NCBI GenBank assembly: GCA_029210875.1
Contig: JARGFJ010000002.1
Span: 5,689 to 69,688 of the forward strand
From: Gammaproteobacteria bacterium
GTDB lineage: Bacteria; Pseudomonadota; Gammaproteobacteria; Nitrosococcales; Methylophagaceae
Length of the DNA stretch: 64,000 nucleotides
Reading direction: 5' to 3'
Shown here: positions 45,358 through 56,929 of the stretch, one piece after another
Position numbering within the stretch: the first letter of the stretch is position 1
Layout: every line of letters starts with the position of its first letter
Made by a program: the position numbers and the translations under genes
Notes under the pieces: model-generated
The model's database searches: none
What the model was told of the DNA's origin: nothing
Seen by the model: the letters and a program-made list of their open reading frames with translations, nothing else

Positions 45358-46898
45358 CATTACCAGTGAACTATACTCAAAACCTTGGTGCTTTGATCGC
45401 AGGCATGGTAGCAAATGTTCCAGAACAAACAGTGTCAGGTTTAAGCCTTGACAGCCGTAAAGTTGAGTCTGGATGGCTGTTTTTATCATTGGCTCAAAAC
45501 GATCAACAACGTACAGCTTATTTAAAACAGGCGTTAGATTTGGGTGCAACTGTCATTTTATTTGATGTTGGCGTTGGTTTAACATTGGTTGAATCTAAGT
45601 TGATTGAAAGCGCCCAGGCTGAAGCCTATCCCATTTTACAACTAGCTCAAAATGCCAGTGAAATCGCAGCACGATATTATGATTTCCCTTCAGATAAAAT
45701 GACGGTTATTGCCATAACAGGCACTAATGGCAAGACATCAGTAAGTCAATTCATAGCACAATCGCTTGATTATCTTGGCGTTGAATGTGGCGTTATCGGG
45801 ACATTAGGCGTTGGAAAAATCGGCAACTTGTCGTCAACAGGCATGACCACTCCTGATCCCGTTTTGATGCAAGCTGTATTTGCTGAATTGTATAGTCAGG
45901 GTTGTAGCCATGTTGTGATTGAAGCATCGTCTCATGCCTTGGCACAAGGACGACTAAATAGTGTGGCGATTGATATTGCTATCTTAACGAACTTAAGTCG
46001 TGATCACCTTGATTATCACAACACGATGGAAGAATATGCGTTAGCCAAGAAACAGCTATTTATGTTTGAAGGCTTATCAACAGCAATACTCAACACTGCT
46101 GACGTGTTTGGTCAGTCATTGATTCAAGATTTAGTAGCAAATCAAACGGTGCGTGTTATCAGCTATAACGCGCATACACTAGATAACAGCACGTTGTCAG
46201 CAACTGCTATCGAAAGCCATTTGTCAGGTATGTCTTTTACTATTTCGTATCAAGAACAAACAGCACAGATTAAAAGCAGCTTATTAGGACGCTTTAATGT
46301 TGATAATTTACTTGCAACACTAGCCGGACTGGTTGCAATAGATGTTGGATTTGATCAAGCTTGTCAGGCAATTCAACAATGTCATGCTGTCGAAGGTCGT
46401 ATGCAGACGTATTCTGCTCAAAATCAGGCAGAAGTTGTTATTGATTTTGCTCATACGCCAGATGCATTAACACAAGCATTAACGTCATTACGTACTCATT
46501 TACCTCAACAAGGTTTGTTGTGGTGTGTGTTTGGTTGTGGTGGAGATCGCGATAAGGGCAAACGTGCCGTTATGGGACAATGTGCCGAGCTTTATGCCGA
46601 TAAAATTGTACTGACAGCCGATAATCCTAGAAGCGAAAACAACCACGAAATTGTTGCTGATATTTTAATGGGTATAACAAAGCCTGAAACTATTCATATT
46701 GAACATGATCGTCAGCAAGCAATTACTTTCGCTATTACTCATGCTTCACAACAAGATATCGTATTAGTTGCAGGCAAAGGCCATGAAAATTATCAAGAAA
46801 TAGCAGGTAACAAAATTCCATTTAGCGATGCTAACGCCGTGGTTAAGGCATTACAGGCAGCAAATGATGATAATCACAGTATTGCGGAGGTTCAGTGA
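45354..46898 (+). CDS. murE: UDP-MurNAc-L-Ala-D-Glu--2,6-diaminopimelate ligase
   Basis: 'ITGTNGKTS' and 'DNPRSE'. Confidence 0.92.
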   Translation: MTLPVNYTQNLGALIAGMVANVPEQTVSGLSLDSRKVESGWLFLSLAQNDQQRTAYLKQALDLGATVILFDVGVGLTLVESKLIESAQAEAYPILQLAQNASEIAARYYDFPSDKMTVIAITGTNGKTSVSQFIAQSLDYLGVECGVIGTLGVGKIGNLSSTGMTTPDPVLMQAVFAELYSQGCSHVVIEASSHALAQGRLNSVAIDIAILTNLSRDHLDYHNTMEEYALAKKQLFMFEGLSTAILNTADVFGQSLIQDLVANQTVRVISYNAHTLDNSTLSATAIESHLSGMSFTISYQEQTAQIKSSLLGRFNVDNLLATLAGLVAIDVGFDQACQAIQQCHAVEGRMQTYSAQNQAEVVIDFAHTPDALTQALTSLRTHLPQQGLLWCVFGCGGDRDKGKRAVMGQCAELYADKIVLTADNPRSENNHEIVADILMGITKPETIHIEHDRQQAITFAITHASQQDIVLVAGKGHENYQEIAGNKIPFSDANAVVKALQAANDDNHSIAEVQ

Positions 46899-48253
46899 TG
46901 AGCATGCACTTACTATTATCGCAAATTGCTGATGTCTTAGACTGTGTTAAACCAGACATTGATACTGTCGTTACAGGCACTACTATTGATAGCAGAAATG
47001 TTACTGCTGGAGATATGTTTATTGCACTTAAAGGCGAGCATGTTGATGGCCATGATTACCTCGCTGCAGCGCGTCAGGCCGGAGCAGTGGCTGCCATTGT
47101 TTCGGAACATCAAGATGATGAACTACCGCAACTGCTTGTGAGTGATGTTGTTTATGCTTTTGGCCAGTTAGCAGCATTTTGGCGATCACACTGTAAAACA
47201 AAATGTGTTGCAGTCACAGGTAGTAATGGCAAAACAACGGTTAAAGAAATGATTACAGCTATTTTGGCTGAGCAAGGCAGTGTGATCGCAACAATTGGTA
47301 ATTTGAATAATGCACTCGGTGTTCCGTTAACGCTGACACGAATTGCGAAAGAATGTGATTATGCTGTTATTGAAATGGGTACAAATCATCCAGGTGAAAT
47401 CGCACAATTAGTGGCATTAGTTCGACCCGATGTTGCTGTTATCACCAATGTTGGTGCAGCTCATCTGGAAGGTTTTGTTGATATTGATGGTGTGGCTACT
47501 GAAAAAGCATCTATTTATGATGGTTTGAAAAGTGGCGGTATTGCCGTTATTAATGCCGATATGCCGTATGCCACGCAATGGAAACAACAGTGCCAACCTA
47601 ATGATACGGTCAGTTTTGCTTTAGACAATGATGCAGATATTAAGGCATTGGATCTAACGCTTGAGCCTTCATCCAGTCAATTTATGATCAAGATTGATAA
47701 TGTCATGCATTTCATTAAATTACCGCTTCCGGGCAAACATAATGTAGCCAATGCACTTGCTGCTATTGCCGTGACTAACGCATTGTCTGTTCCCGTTGAA
47801 GCGATAGTGCGTGGCTTATCTAAGATGAAAGTCGTGCCGCACCGTTTGCAATTACGTCTTGCAATCAACGGTGCTCGTTTGATTGATGATACCTACAATG
47901 CAAACCCTACATCCTATGCACAGGCATTAGATGCTTTAAGGGCGTTTAATGATGAGCATTGGTTGGTGCTGGGTGATTTTGGTGAGCTCGGATCAGACAG
48001 TGAAAATATTCATAAACAATTAGGTTTAGATGCCAAAAACGTCGGCGTATCTCGCCTATTTACGGTTGGAACTGCAAGTAAACAGGCATGCCAAGCCTTT
48101 GGTGACGGTGCGAGTCACTTTGAGACACAACAAGCTTTACAAGCAGTATTAAAGCAAGAACTTAAAAAGGGTGTGACCTGTTTGATCAAAGGATCACATT
48201 TTATGCGTTTAGATAAGTTAGCCGATGCGTTAACACACGTAGGAGATCACTAA
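46895..48253 (+). CDS. murF: UDP-MurNAc-tripeptide--D-Ala-D-Ala ligase
   Basis: 'VTGSNGKTT' and 'DDTYNANP'. Confidence 0.92.
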   Translation: MMSMHLLLSQIADVLDCVKPDIDTVVTGTTIDSRNVTAGDMFIALKGEHVDGHDYLAAARQAGAVAAIVSEHQDDELPQLLVSDVVYAFGQLAAFWRSHCKTKCVAVTGSNGKTTVKEMITAILAEQGSVIATIGNLNNALGVPLTLTRIAKECDYAVIEMGTNHPGEIAQLVALVRPDVAVITNVGAAHLEGFVDIDGVATEKASIYDGLKSGGIAVINADMPYATQWKQQCQPNDTVSFALDNDADIKALDLTLEPSSSQFMIKIDNVMHFIKLPLPGKHNVANALAAIAVTNALSVPVEAIVRGLSKMKVVPHRLQLRLAINGARLIDDTYNANPTSYAQALDALRAFNDEHWLVLGDFGELGSDSENIHKQLGLDAKNVGVSRLFTVGTASKQACQAFGDGASHFETQQALQAVLKQELKKGVTCLIKGSHFMRLDKLADALTHVGDH

Positions 48254-49335
48254 TGCTGTTATATCTGAGCGACTATTTGGCACAATATTACAGTGGTTTT
48301 AATGTATTTCAGTATCTAACCTTAAGAGCGATTTTGGGTGTGGTTACTGCACTTGGCATTGCTTTGATTGTTGGGCCTACCATGATCCGTCATTTGAGTT
48401 TTAAACAAATTGGTCAAGTGGTGCGTAACGATGGTCCTGAATCACATTTAAGTAAATCAGGTACGCCAACGATGGGTGGTGCTTTGATTTTGGTTGCGAT
48501 TGCTGTAAGTACACTTTTATGGGCTAATTTGAACAGTCGCTATGTATGGGTTGTCTTGCTGGTTACGCTACTATTTGGCGTAATTGGTTTTGTCGATGAT
48601 TACATTAAATTAGTCCGTCAAGATCCTAAAGGTTTACTGAGTCGTTATAAGTATTTTTGGCAATCAGTTGTCGGTGCTGTTGCCGCTATTGCGTTATATC
48701 TCACTGCAACAGTTCCTGCTGAAACCCAGTTGATAGTTCCTTTTTTCAAAGACATCATTATTCCACTTGGCGGCTGGTATATGTTACTGACTTATTTGGT
48801 AGTTGTTGGCAGTAGTAATGCGGTAAACCTAACCGATGGACTTGACGGTTTAGCCATTATGCCGACAGTAATGATTGCGGGCGCATTAGCGATATTTAGT
48901 TACGTTACAGGCCATGTTGAATTTGCACGTTATTTATCTATTCCATATATACCTGGTGCTGGTGAATTAACCGTTTTTTGTGCAACGATGGTTGGCGCTG
49001 GCTTAGGTTTTCTTTGGTTTAATACGTATCCTGCTCAAGTTTTTATGGGCGATATCGGTGCGTTAGCACTAGGCGCAGCTTTGGGTATTGTTGCTGTGTT
49101 AGTTCGACAAGAACTGGTATTACTGATTATGGGCGGCGTGTTTGTTATTGAGACTTTATCAGTCGTGATTCAAGTTGCCTCATACAAGCTTCGTGGTAAA
49201 CGCGTATTTCTAATGGCGCCTATTCATCATCATTTTGAATTAAAAGGCTGGCCAGAGCCACGCATTATTGTTCGATTCTGGATTATTACCGTGTTTCTTG
49301 TATTAGTTGGTTTGGCGAGCTTAAAAATTCGATGA
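48253..49335 (+). CDS. mraY: phospho-N-acetylmuramoyl-pentapeptide transferase
   Basis: 'GTPTMGG', '[13 protein letters not shown]' and '[12 protein letters not shown]'. Confidence 0.95.
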   Translation: MLLYLSDYLAQYYSGFNVFQYLTLRAILGVVTALGIALIVGPTMIRHLSFKQIGQVVRNDGPESHLSKSGTPTMGGALILVAIAVSTLLWANLNSRYVWVVLLVTLLFGVIGFVDDYIKLVRQDPKGLLSRYKYFWQSVVGAVAAIALYLTATVPAETQLIVPFFKDIIIPLGGWYMLLTYLVVVGSSNAVNLTDGLDGLAIMPTVMIAGALAIFSYVTGHVEFARYLSIPYIPGAGELTVFCATMVGAGLGFLWFNTYPAQVFMGDIGALALGAALGIVAVLVRQELVLLIMGGVFVIETLSVVIQVASYKLRGKRVFLMAPIHHHFELKGWPEPRIIVRFWIITVFLVLVGLASLKIR

Positions 49336-50690
49336 GCGATCTTATGAATAAAAGTGAGCATTCACAGTCATTTTTAATCATTGGTTTAGGCCAAACAGGC
49401 TTGTCGTGTGCGCGATTTTTAGTCAAGCAAGGTTTTGCGGTAGCGGTGATGGATACACGAGATCAACCGCCTGCTTTAGCCATATTGCAAGCAGAACTAC
49501 CTGAAGTATTGATTTTGACTGGTGGTATTCAGAGTGAGTGGTTACTTAGAAGCGATGTTATTGTACTAAGCCCAGGTATTGACCCACGGCTGCCTGACAT
49601 TAAAGCAGCTCGAGATGCTGGCATAGAAATTATTGGTGATATAGAGCTATTTGCACGTTATGCCAATGCGCCAGTGATTGCAATTACTGGTTCAAATGGC
49701 AAAAGTACCGTCACAACAATGGTTGCTGAAATGGCTGTAACAGCAGGTAAAAAAATACAGGTTGGGGGTAACTTAGGTGTGCCAGCACTGGAATTGCTGA
49801 CCGAGTCCGCTCCAGATTTTTATATCGTTGAACTGTCAAGCTTCCAATTGGAGACAGTGTCTTCATTAGATGCCTATGCTTCAGTTGTACTTAATGTCAG
49901 TCCAGATCATATGGACCGTTATGATAGCGTCGCACAATACCAGGATGCTAAAGCAAAAATTTACAGCGGTAGCGGTGTCAAAGTAATCAATCGTGATGAT
50001 CCCATTGTAAATACCTGGAGTAATGATGACAGGTATGATCTTGGATTTACACTTGCGCAACCTAACAATGACGACTTTGGTGTCATTTCACGTGGTGGAG
50101 AATTGTGGTTGGCACAGTCTGATCATGCACTGATAGCGGTCAATGAAATGCAGGTATCAGGCAAGCATAATGTCGCAAACGCGCTAGCAGCTTTGGCATT
50201 AGGCTATGCGATGGAATTGCCGATGTTGGCTATGTTAACAGCGATACAAAGTTACCGTGGCTTACCACATCGCTGTAACCTAGTGGCTGAACAGCACGGT
50301 ATCCGTTGGATTGATGATTCAAAAGCAACCAATGTTGGTGCGTGTATAGCAGCTATAGAAGGTTTAGCCGATAGCGGTGACATTATTTTAATTGCCGGTG
50401 GTGTTGGTAAAGATCAGGACTTTTCTGCATTGACACCCGTTTTAAAAGCACATGTTCGTGCCATTGTATTACTAGGCCAGGATGCCAGTTTAATTGAACA
50501 GCTTGTGCCAAAAAGCCTGATCAAAGTAAATGCTAGTGATATGAAGGATGCTGTTGAGCGAGCCAATGAAATTGCTCAAGAAGGCGACATAGTACTGCTA
50601 TCACCAGCCTGTGCCAGTTTTGATATGTTTTCAGGCTATGCCCAGCGTGGTGAAAAATTTGATGAAGCAGTCAAGGATGTGATTGCATGA
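49332..50690 (+). CDS. murD: UDP-MurNAc-L-Ala--D-Glu ligase
   Basis: 'ITGSNGKST', '[11 protein letters not shown]' and 'DDSKATN'. Confidence 0.92.
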   Translation: MSDLMNKSEHSQSFLIIGLGQTGLSCARFLVKQGFAVAVMDTRDQPPALAILQAELPEVLILTGGIQSEWLLRSDVIVLSPGIDPRLPDIKAARDAGIEIIGDIELFARYANAPVIAITGSNGKSTVTTMVAEMAVTAGKKIQVGGNLGVPALELLTESAPDFYIVELSSFQLETVSSLDAYASVVLNVSPDHMDRYDSVAQYQDAKAKIYSGSGVKVINRDDPIVNTWSNDDRYDLGFTLAQPNNDDFGVISRGGELWLAQSDHALIAVNEMQVSGKHNVANALAALALGYAMELPMLAMLTAIQSYRGLPHRCNLVAEQHGIRWIDDSKATNVGACIAAIEGLADSGDIILIAGGVGKDQDFSALTPVLKAHVRAIVLLGQDASLIEQLVPKSLIKVNASDMKDAVERANEIAQEGDIVLLSPACASFDMFSGYAQRGEKFDEAVKDVIA

Positions 50691-51826
50691 TGTTGCCAAC
50701 ATACACTATGGATCGCAGTTTAATATTTGTCGTTCTGATGCTGCTTGGCATTGGGTTAGTCATGGTTGGATCCGCTTCGATCTCAATTGCTGATAATAAA
50801 TTACATCAGCCATTTTATTTCTTTAACAGACAGTTAGTTTTTGCCTGCATTGGTTTAGCATCTGCTTGGTGCGTGATTAATATTCGCCTGTCGATCTGGA
50901 GAAAAATAGCGCCTATGTTGTTAATGATAGGGGTTGTGCTGTTAATTCTGGTGCTTATTCCAGGTATAGGGCGAGAAGTAAATGGTAGTCGTCGCTGGTT
51001 ACCTTTAGGCCCCGTCAATGTCCAGGTTGCTGAACTAATAAAACTATTCTCGATAATTTATATCGCTGATTATTTACAGCGTAATCACGGTCAGTTAACG
51101 GTTTCTTTCTTTAAAATTTTTGCGCCATTATTTTTATTAGCAGTAGCGGCATTATTATTGTTGATACAGCCAGACATGGGATCCGTGGTTGTTATCTTAT
51201 CAACCGTGTTAGTGATGTTATTTCTTGGTGGTGCTCGTTTGGATGTGTTTGCCACGTTAATAGGTATTCTTGCCATGTTATTTGCAGCGCTGGTGTGGGT
51301 CGCGCCATACAGAATGCAGCGTTTGCAAAGTTTTATGGATCCATGGGCCGACCCTTATGGTAGTGGTTTTCAACTCACCCAAGCATTGATTGCATTTGGA
51401 CGTGGTGATTGGCTAGGCGTTGGTTTAGGCAGTAGCATGCAAAAACTATTCTATTTACCTGAAGCCCATACTGACTTTTTGTATTCGATTCTTGCTGAAG
51501 AATTGGGGCTGATAGGTGCGATCAGTGTGCTCATTCTATTTGCTGTTTTTGTATGGCGAGCATTGGCAATTGGTCGTGCAGCTGAATGTGCTGGACAGAT
51601 CTTCGGTGCTCAGATTGCCTATGGCATTGGTATTTGGCTAGGGCTACAAGCCTGCGTCAATATGGGAGTCAATATGGGCGCTTTACCAACTAAAGGCTTA
51701 ACACTACCGTTAATGAGTTACGGTGGTAGTAGTTTGGTGTTGGTATGTATCGCAATAGCGCTATTATTTCGTGTTGATCTTGAAACCCGTTTTCCTGAAC
51801 AAGCAGCAGTGAGGGTGAAACGATGA
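50687..51826 (+). CDS. ftsW: SEDS-family peptidoglycan polymerase FtsW
   Basis: Polytopic membrane protein. 'RRWLPLG', 'QPDMGS', 'LPEAHTDF' and 'PLMSYGGSS'. Confidence 0.92.
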   Translation: MMLPTYTMDRSLIFVVLMLLGIGLVMVGSASISIADNKLHQPFYFFNRQLVFACIGLASAWCVINIRLSIWRKIAPMLLMIGVVLLILVLIPGIGREVNGSRRWLPLGPVNVQVAELIKLFSIIYIADYLQRNHGQLTVSFFKIFAPLFLLAVAALLLLIQPDMGSVVVILSTVLVMLFLGGARLDVFATLIGILAMLFAALVWVAPYRMQRLQSFMDPWADPYGSGFQLTQALIAFGRGDWLGVGLGSSMQKLFYLPEAHTDFLYSILAEELGLIGAISVLILFAVFVWRALAIGRAAECAGQIFGAQIAYGIGIWLGLQACVNMGVNMGALPTKGLTLPLMSYGGSSLVLVCIAIALLFRVDLETRFPEQAAVRVKR

Positions 51827-52908
51827 TTCCTCGTATTTTGATTATGGCGGGTGGTACAGGTGGACATGTGTTTCCAGCGTTGGCGGTTGCACAGGTATTG
51901 GCGCAACAAGGTACTGACGTTCATTGGATGGGTACAGCCAGAGGAATTGAAGCAAAATTAGTCCCTGATGCTGGTTATCCGCTATCTCTGATACATGTAA
52001 CTGGTTTACGTGGAAACGGTATCTTAGGTTGGTTGCTTGCCCCATTTAAATTACTAAAAGCAGTGATTGAAGCGATAGTTGCAATCAGAAAAATTCAGCC
52101 TGATGTTGTATTGGGATTAGGTGGTTTTGCATCAGGTCCAGGTGGCGTTGCAGCATGGCTATTAAGAAAACCATTGGTGATTCATGAGCAAAACGCCATC
52201 CCTGGTCTTACAAACAGGCTATTAGCTCGCTTGGCAAAACGTGTATTAGAGGCGTTTCCAAATAGCTTTGATAGCGGGTTTGATGCAAAATGGGTAGGTA
52301 ATCCTGTTCGAGAGTCGATTGCTAATTCGGTTCCACCAGAACAGCGTTTTAGTTCGGCAGAACACCAAACTAGCGCAAACTTATTGGTACTCGGAGGTAG
52401 CTTAGGTGCTAAATCCCTAAATACAGTATTACCTGAAGCACTGGCCTTATTTGACGAAGAACAGCGTCCACATGTGAGACATCAATGTGGCAGTAGACAT
52501 TATGAAGAATGTCACAAAGCGTATGAAAAAGCAGGTGTGAATGCTCACATTACAACATTTGTAGATGATATGGCTGAAGCCTATCAATGGGCTGATCTAG
52601 TGGTGTGTCGAGCGGGAGCCCTTACTATTGCTGAACTCTCAGCTATTGGCGTTGCATCATTGTTAGTGCCATATCCTTATGCGGTTGATGATCACCAAAC
52701 ACATAATGCCTCAGCATTAGTGATGGCAGGTGGCGCACATTTAATTAAAGACAGTGAACTGTCAGCGACCGAATTAGCTGAACATATCCGTTCATTACTA
52801 ACAGATAAAACACATTTATTAGCCATGGCAAAAGCTGCAAGAACGCAAGCCAAACCAGAAGCAGCCAAAACAATTGCTCAAAAGTGTGAAGAGGTTTGTC
52901 ATGGATAA
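51823..52908 (+). CDS. murG: UDP-GlcNAc:lipid I N-acetylglucosaminyltransferase
   Basis: '[16 protein letters not shown]' and '[12 protein letters not shown]'. Confidence 0.93.
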   Translation: MIPRILIMAGGTGGHVFPALAVAQVLAQQGTDVHWMGTARGIEAKLVPDAGYPLSLIHVTGLRGNGILGWLLAPFKLLKAVIEAIVAIRKIQPDVVLGLGGFASGPGGVAAWLLRKPLVIHEQNAIPGLTNRLLARLAKRVLEAFPNSFDSGFDAKWVGNPVRESIANSVPPEQRFSSAEHQTSANLLVLGGSLGAKSLNTVLPEALALFDEEQRPHVRHQCGSRHYEECHKAYEKAGVNAHITTFVDDMAEAYQWADLVVCRAGALTIAELSAIGVASLLVPYPYAVDDHQTHNASALVMAGGAHLIKDSELSATELAEHIRSLLTDKTHLLAMAKAARTQAKPEAAKTIAQKCEEVCHG

Positions 52909-54319
52909 ATTGACATCAGCAATGCAAAGTCGAGTTAAACATATCCACTTCATTGGTATCGGTGGTGTCGGTATGGGTGGCATAGCTGAAGTGTTATTGA
53001 ATTTGGGCTATCAGGTTTCAGGTTCAGATTTAAGTGAAAACACACTGATTGCACATTTGCGAGAATTAGGTGCGACGGTGAAAATTGGTCATGATGCCCG
53101 TTATTTAGCTGGTGCTGATGTTGTTGTTGTATCGACAGCCATTGATCAGGCAAATCCTGAATTGGTGGCAGCGAAAGACGCACGGATCCCAGTCGTGCCA
53201 CGTGCTGAAATGTTGGCGGAACTGATGCGTTTTAGTTATGGCATAGCGGTAGCAGGTACTCACGGTAAGACCACTACAACAAGTCTGGTTGCCGCCTTAT
53301 TGAGTGAAGGCGAATTAGATCCAACCTTTGTTATTGGCGGACGATTAAACAGTGCTGGCAGTAATGCAAAATTAGGCAGTGGACGTTACTTGGTTGCAGA
53401 AGCAGATGAGAGTGATGCGTCATTCTTATATTTGCAGCCCGTCATTTCGGTAGTGACCAATATTGATGAAGATCATATGGCAACGTATGACGGTGACTTC
53501 AACAAATTAAAAGATACATTTATTGAGTTTTTACATCATTTGCCATTTTACGGCTTAGCAGTGATGTGTATTGATGATCCTGTTGTAAGAACTATCTTGC
53601 CCGAAGTGACACGTCCAGTATTGACCTACGGCATGGCTGATGATGCCGATTTGCAGATCTCGGACTTACAACAAGCCAATGGTCAAAGTCATTTCACGGT
53701 GACAGATAACAGAATAAATGAACGTTTTGATGTAATGCTGAATATGCCCGGTCTGCACAATGCGTTAAATGCGACTGCAGCCATCATTATTGCACGGAAT
53801 TTAGGCGTATCTGTTGAAGCTTGCCAGGCAGGGTTGAGCAAATTTTCAGGTGTTGGACGTCGCTTTAATATTTTGGGTGAATTATCAGTTCAAAATAATA
53901 AGGTGTTGATGATCGATGATTATGGACATCATCCAACCGAATTGGCGGCAACCATTGCTGCGACCCGTGCCAGCTGGCCTGATCGGCGTTTAGCAGTGGT
54001 ATTTCAACCACATCGCTATAGTCGTACACGGGATTTATTCGAAGACTTTGCCCAGATCTTATCAACAGTGGATGTGTTGGTGATGTTAGAAGTCTATCCA
54101 GCTGGTGAAGGCAAAATTGCTGGAGCGGATAGTAAGAGTTTATGTCGCGCAATACGTCTACGTGGACAAGTTGAACCAGTGTTTGTTGAAAGCCGTGAGG
54201 CCTTATTCGATATTTTGCCCGGCTTGTTAACAAATAATGATGTGTTACTAACAATGGGTGCCGGTGATATTGGTGCAATAGCGCGTGAGTTAGAAATAAA
54301 ACTTGGAGAAAAAAGCTAA
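52901..54319 (+). CDS. murC: UDP-N-acetylmuramate--L-alanine ligase
   Basis: '[18 protein letters not shown]' and 'GTHGKTTTT'. The ATG at 52901 has a GAGG RBS and overlaps murG by 8 nt. Confidence 0.93.
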   Translation: MDKLTSAMQSRVKHIHFIGIGGVGMGGIAEVLLNLGYQVSGSDLSENTLIAHLRELGATVKIGHDARYLAGADVVVVSTAIDQANPELVAAKDARIPVVPRAEMLAELMRFSYGIAVAGTHGKTTTTSLVAALLSEGELDPTFVIGGRLNSAGSNAKLGSGRYLVAEADESDASFLYLQPVISVVTNIDEDHMATYDGDFNKLKDTFIEFLHHLPFYGLAVMCIDDPVVRTILPEVTRPVLTYGMADDADLQISDLQQANGQSHFTVTDNRINERFDVMLNMPGLHNALNATAAIIIARNLGVSVEACQAGLSKFSGVGRRFNILGELSVQNNKVLMIDDYGHHPTELAATIAATRASWPDRRLAVVFQPHRYSRTRDLFEDFAQILSTVDVLVMLEVYPAGEGKIAGADSKSLCRAIRLRGQVEPVFVESREALFDILPGLLTNNDVLLTMGAGDIGAIARELEIKLGEKS

Positions 54320-55209
54320 TGGTGGCCTTGTTTAATAATTTACAAGGCGAATTAAGTCTTAATGAGCCATTATCAAAATATACTTCGTGGCGAGTGGGCG
54401 GCACTGCTCATCGTTTTTATAAACCCAAAGACCGTCAGGACCTTGCTGTGTTTTTGGCACAACTTCCAGCAGGCGAACCGATCTTATGGTTAGGCCTAGG
54501 TAGTAACGTATTGATACGCGATGGCGGTTTTCCTGGAACGGTTATCGCAACGGCTGGTGCATTACAAGATATTGACGTTATTGGGCAGACGGTTGTAGCT
54601 GAAGTGGGTGTTTACTGTAGTAAATTAGCCAAAAAAGCAGCAAAAGCAGGTTTGTCTGGCGCAGCATTTTTAGCTGGAATACCAGGCACAATTGGTGGTG
54701 CTTTAGCGATGAATGCAGGTGCTCATCAAGCAGACACATGGTCGTATGTAACATCTGTCACCACAGTCAATAGACAAGGTGAATTCAAACAACATCAGCC
54801 AAGTGATTTTGAGATTGCATATAGATACGTTAAAGGCCCAGAAGATGAATGGTTTATATCTGCAACATTGATGCTTGAGCAAGGTGATGCTGAGCTTGAA
54901 CTTGATTTGATTAAAACCTTATTGAAAAAACGTAATCTCAGTCAACCCACAAACCAACCGTGTGCAGGTTCGGTGTTTAGAAATCCTGACAATGATTTTG
55001 CAGGTCGGTTAATTGAAACTACGGGACTTAAAGGCTTGCGAGTGGGTGGCGCTCAAGTTTCTGAAAAACATGCCAATTTCATCGTGAGTGATACGACGGC
55101 AACAGCGGCAGATATTGAGACATTAATAGCGTTAGTGCAGCAAAAAGTGGAAACAGCACAAGGCATACGTTTAACACCCGAAGTCCACATTATAGGCGAG
55201 CAGGCATGA
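54319..55209 (+). CDS. murB: UDP-N-acetylenolpyruvoylglucosamine reductase
   Basis: 'YTSWRVGG', 'GLGSNVL', 'GAGSVFRNP'-type ('CAGSVFRNP') and 'EKHANFIV'. Confidence 0.92.
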   Translation: MVALFNNLQGELSLNEPLSKYTSWRVGGTAHRFYKPKDRQDLAVFLAQLPAGEPILWLGLGSNVLIRDGGFPGTVIATAGALQDIDVIGQTVVAEVGVYCSKLAKKAAKAGLSGAAFLAGIPGTIGGALAMNAGAHQADTWSYVTSVTTVNRQGEFKQHQPSDFEIAYRYVKGPEDEWFISATLMLEQGDAELELDLIKTLLKKRNLSQPTNQPCAGSVFRNPDNDFAGRLIETTGLKGLRVGGAQVSEKHANFIVSDTTATAADIETLIALVQQKVETAQGIRLTPEVHIIGEQA

Positions 55210-56147
55210 GTAACAAGCGCGTAATGTCTGCTAGTGACTTTGGCAAAGTTGCGGTGTTGATGGGCGGACTATCTGCTGAACGCGAGATTTCATTAATTAG
55301 TGGTCAAGCTGTGTTAACTGCTTTGCTAGAGCAAGGAGTTGATGCTCATAAAGTTGATGTTGGATTAGATATCAGTCAACAACTGGTAGCAGGTCAATTT
55401 GATCGTGCCTTTAATGTGTTACATGGCCGTGGTGGTGAAGATGGTCAAATTCAGGGTGTATTACAGTCATTAGCGATTCCATTCACTGGTAGTGATGTCA
55501 CTGGCGCAGTGTTATCGATGAATAAGATGATTAGCAAGCAAATCTGGTTGCAACAAGGTTTGCCAACAGCTGCATTTGAACAGGTCACTATTGATAGTGA
55601 TGTTAACGATATCGTCGTACGATTAGGTCTGCCGTTGATGGTGAAACCGGTTAATGAAGGTTCAAGTATCGGTATGACCAAGGTTAATTCGAAAGATGAC
55701 TTGGCTAAGGCAATTGCCTTAGCAACACACTATGATGCTGAAGTTATCGTTGAAACCTGGATTTTAGGCGAAGAATATACAGTTGCCATTTTGGATCAGC
55801 AGGCATTACCGGCTATTCAATTGAAAACGCCACATGAGTTTTATGATTTTGATGCTAAATATAAAGCAAATACCACGCAATATCTTTGCCCATGTGGTTT
55901 AGCTGAAAATGATGAGAAATACTGTCAGCAGTTAGCCTTGGATGCGTTTAATGCTTTACGAATGAAAGGTTGGGGTCGCATTGATTTTATGCGAGATCAA
56001 GCAGGTAAGTTTTATCTGTTAGAAGCCAATAGCGTACCAGGAATGACCGATCATAGTTTAGTCCCGATGGCAGCAAAACAATCTGGGCGTAGTTTTAATG
56101 AGTTGGTTTGGCAGATTTTAGAATCCAGTGTTGGGGTGACGAGATGA
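55206..56147 (+). CDS. ddl: D-alanine--D-alanine ligase
   Basis: 'VAVLMGGLSAEREISL', 'LHGRGGEDG' and 'LLEANSVPGMT'. Confidence 0.93.
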   Translation: MSNKRVMSASDFGKVAVLMGGLSAEREISLISGQAVLTALLEQGVDAHKVDVGLDISQQLVAGQFDRAFNVLHGRGGEDGQIQGVLQSLAIPFTGSDVTGAVLSMNKMISKQIWLQQGLPTAAFEQVTIDSDVNDIVVRLGLPLMVKPVNEGSSIGMTKVNSKDDLAKAIALATHYDAEVIVETWILGEEYTVAILDQQALPAIQLKTPHEFYDFDAKYKANTTQYLCPCGLAENDEKYCQQLALDAFNALRMKGWGRIDFMRDQAGKFYLLEANSVPGMTDHSLVPMAAKQSGRSFNELVWQILESSVGVTR

Positions 56148-56929
56148 TCTTCAACAACACAACAAAACGTGGTGCCAGCCGTAAGCCGGTGCGTAAACAA
56201 CGTCAACCGATTGTTTGGCAACATTTTATTAAACATACGTTTGCTGTTGTGTTTGTGCTGGTATCTTTGACAGGTGCTTTTTATCTGGTTCAAGACGATA
56301 CCTTGCCCATTTTGCATGTGACAGTTGAAGGTGAGTTTAATCATGTTGATCGTGATGATTTTGTCGCTGCAGTAAGCCCTTATGCCCGAGGCAGTTTCAT
56401 GAGTGTCGATGTGGCTAGTCTTAGACATGCGGGTGAATCACTACCATGGGTTAAACAACTGCAGATCAGACGCGTTTGGCCTGATAGCTTACATTTTATT
56501 GTTGAGGAACATGAGGCTCTAGCACAATGGGGTGATGGCGGATTAATTAGCCGTGATGGTTCATTGTTTTTCCCACCAGCAGACAGTTTTCCTTCCGGCT
56601 TAGCGGTGTTGAGTGGTCCAGAACAAAATCATCTGTTGGTGACACAGCGATATCAGCAAATGCAAGCAATGTTAAGCAAGCAAGATTTAACAATTGAACG
56701 ATTAGAAATGGATGGAAGAAGAGCATGGTCTCTTAGTTTTACCAATGGCATTAGCGTTCAGTTAGGACGTGATAATAGTCAAAAACGTTTTGAGCGATTC
56801 ATACGTGTTTTTGAACATGGATTAAAAGATTTTCAACACCAAATACAAACCATGGATATGCGTTATACCAATGGTCTGGCAGTACAGTGGAAACACGATA
56901 AAAAACCTGATTTTAATGGAACAGTGTGA
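56144..56929 (+). CDS. ftsQ: cell division protein FtsQ
   Basis: N-terminal TM segment plus a POTRA-like region ('VTVEGEFNHVDRDDF', 'VWPDSLHFIVEEHEALAQW'). ATGA overlap with ddl. Confidence 0.88.
   Translation: MIFNNTTKRGASRKPVRKQRQPIVWQHFIKHTFAVVFVLVSLTGAFYLVQDDTLPILHVTVEGEFNHVDRDDFVAAVSPYARGSFMSVDVASLRHAGESLPWVKQLQIRRVWPDSLHFIVEEHEALAQWGDGGLISRDGSLFFPPADSFPSGLAVLSGPEQNHLLVTQRYQQMQAMLSKQDLTIERLEMDGRRAWSLSFTNGISVQLGRDNSQKRFERFIRVFEHGLKDFQHQIQTMDMRYTNGLAVQWKHDKKPDFNGTV

Noticed and set aside
53865-54404. 179-aa minus-strand ORF antisense to murC/murB
   Set aside because: It is fully embedded in two well-supported, motif-bearing genes. It has a His/Leu/Gln-rich low-complexity composition and no RBS. 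The same reasoning rejects the antisense ORFs at 56051-56428 (ftsQ), 58706-59137 (ftsZ), 59827-60129 (lpxC) and 36582-36914 (sps).
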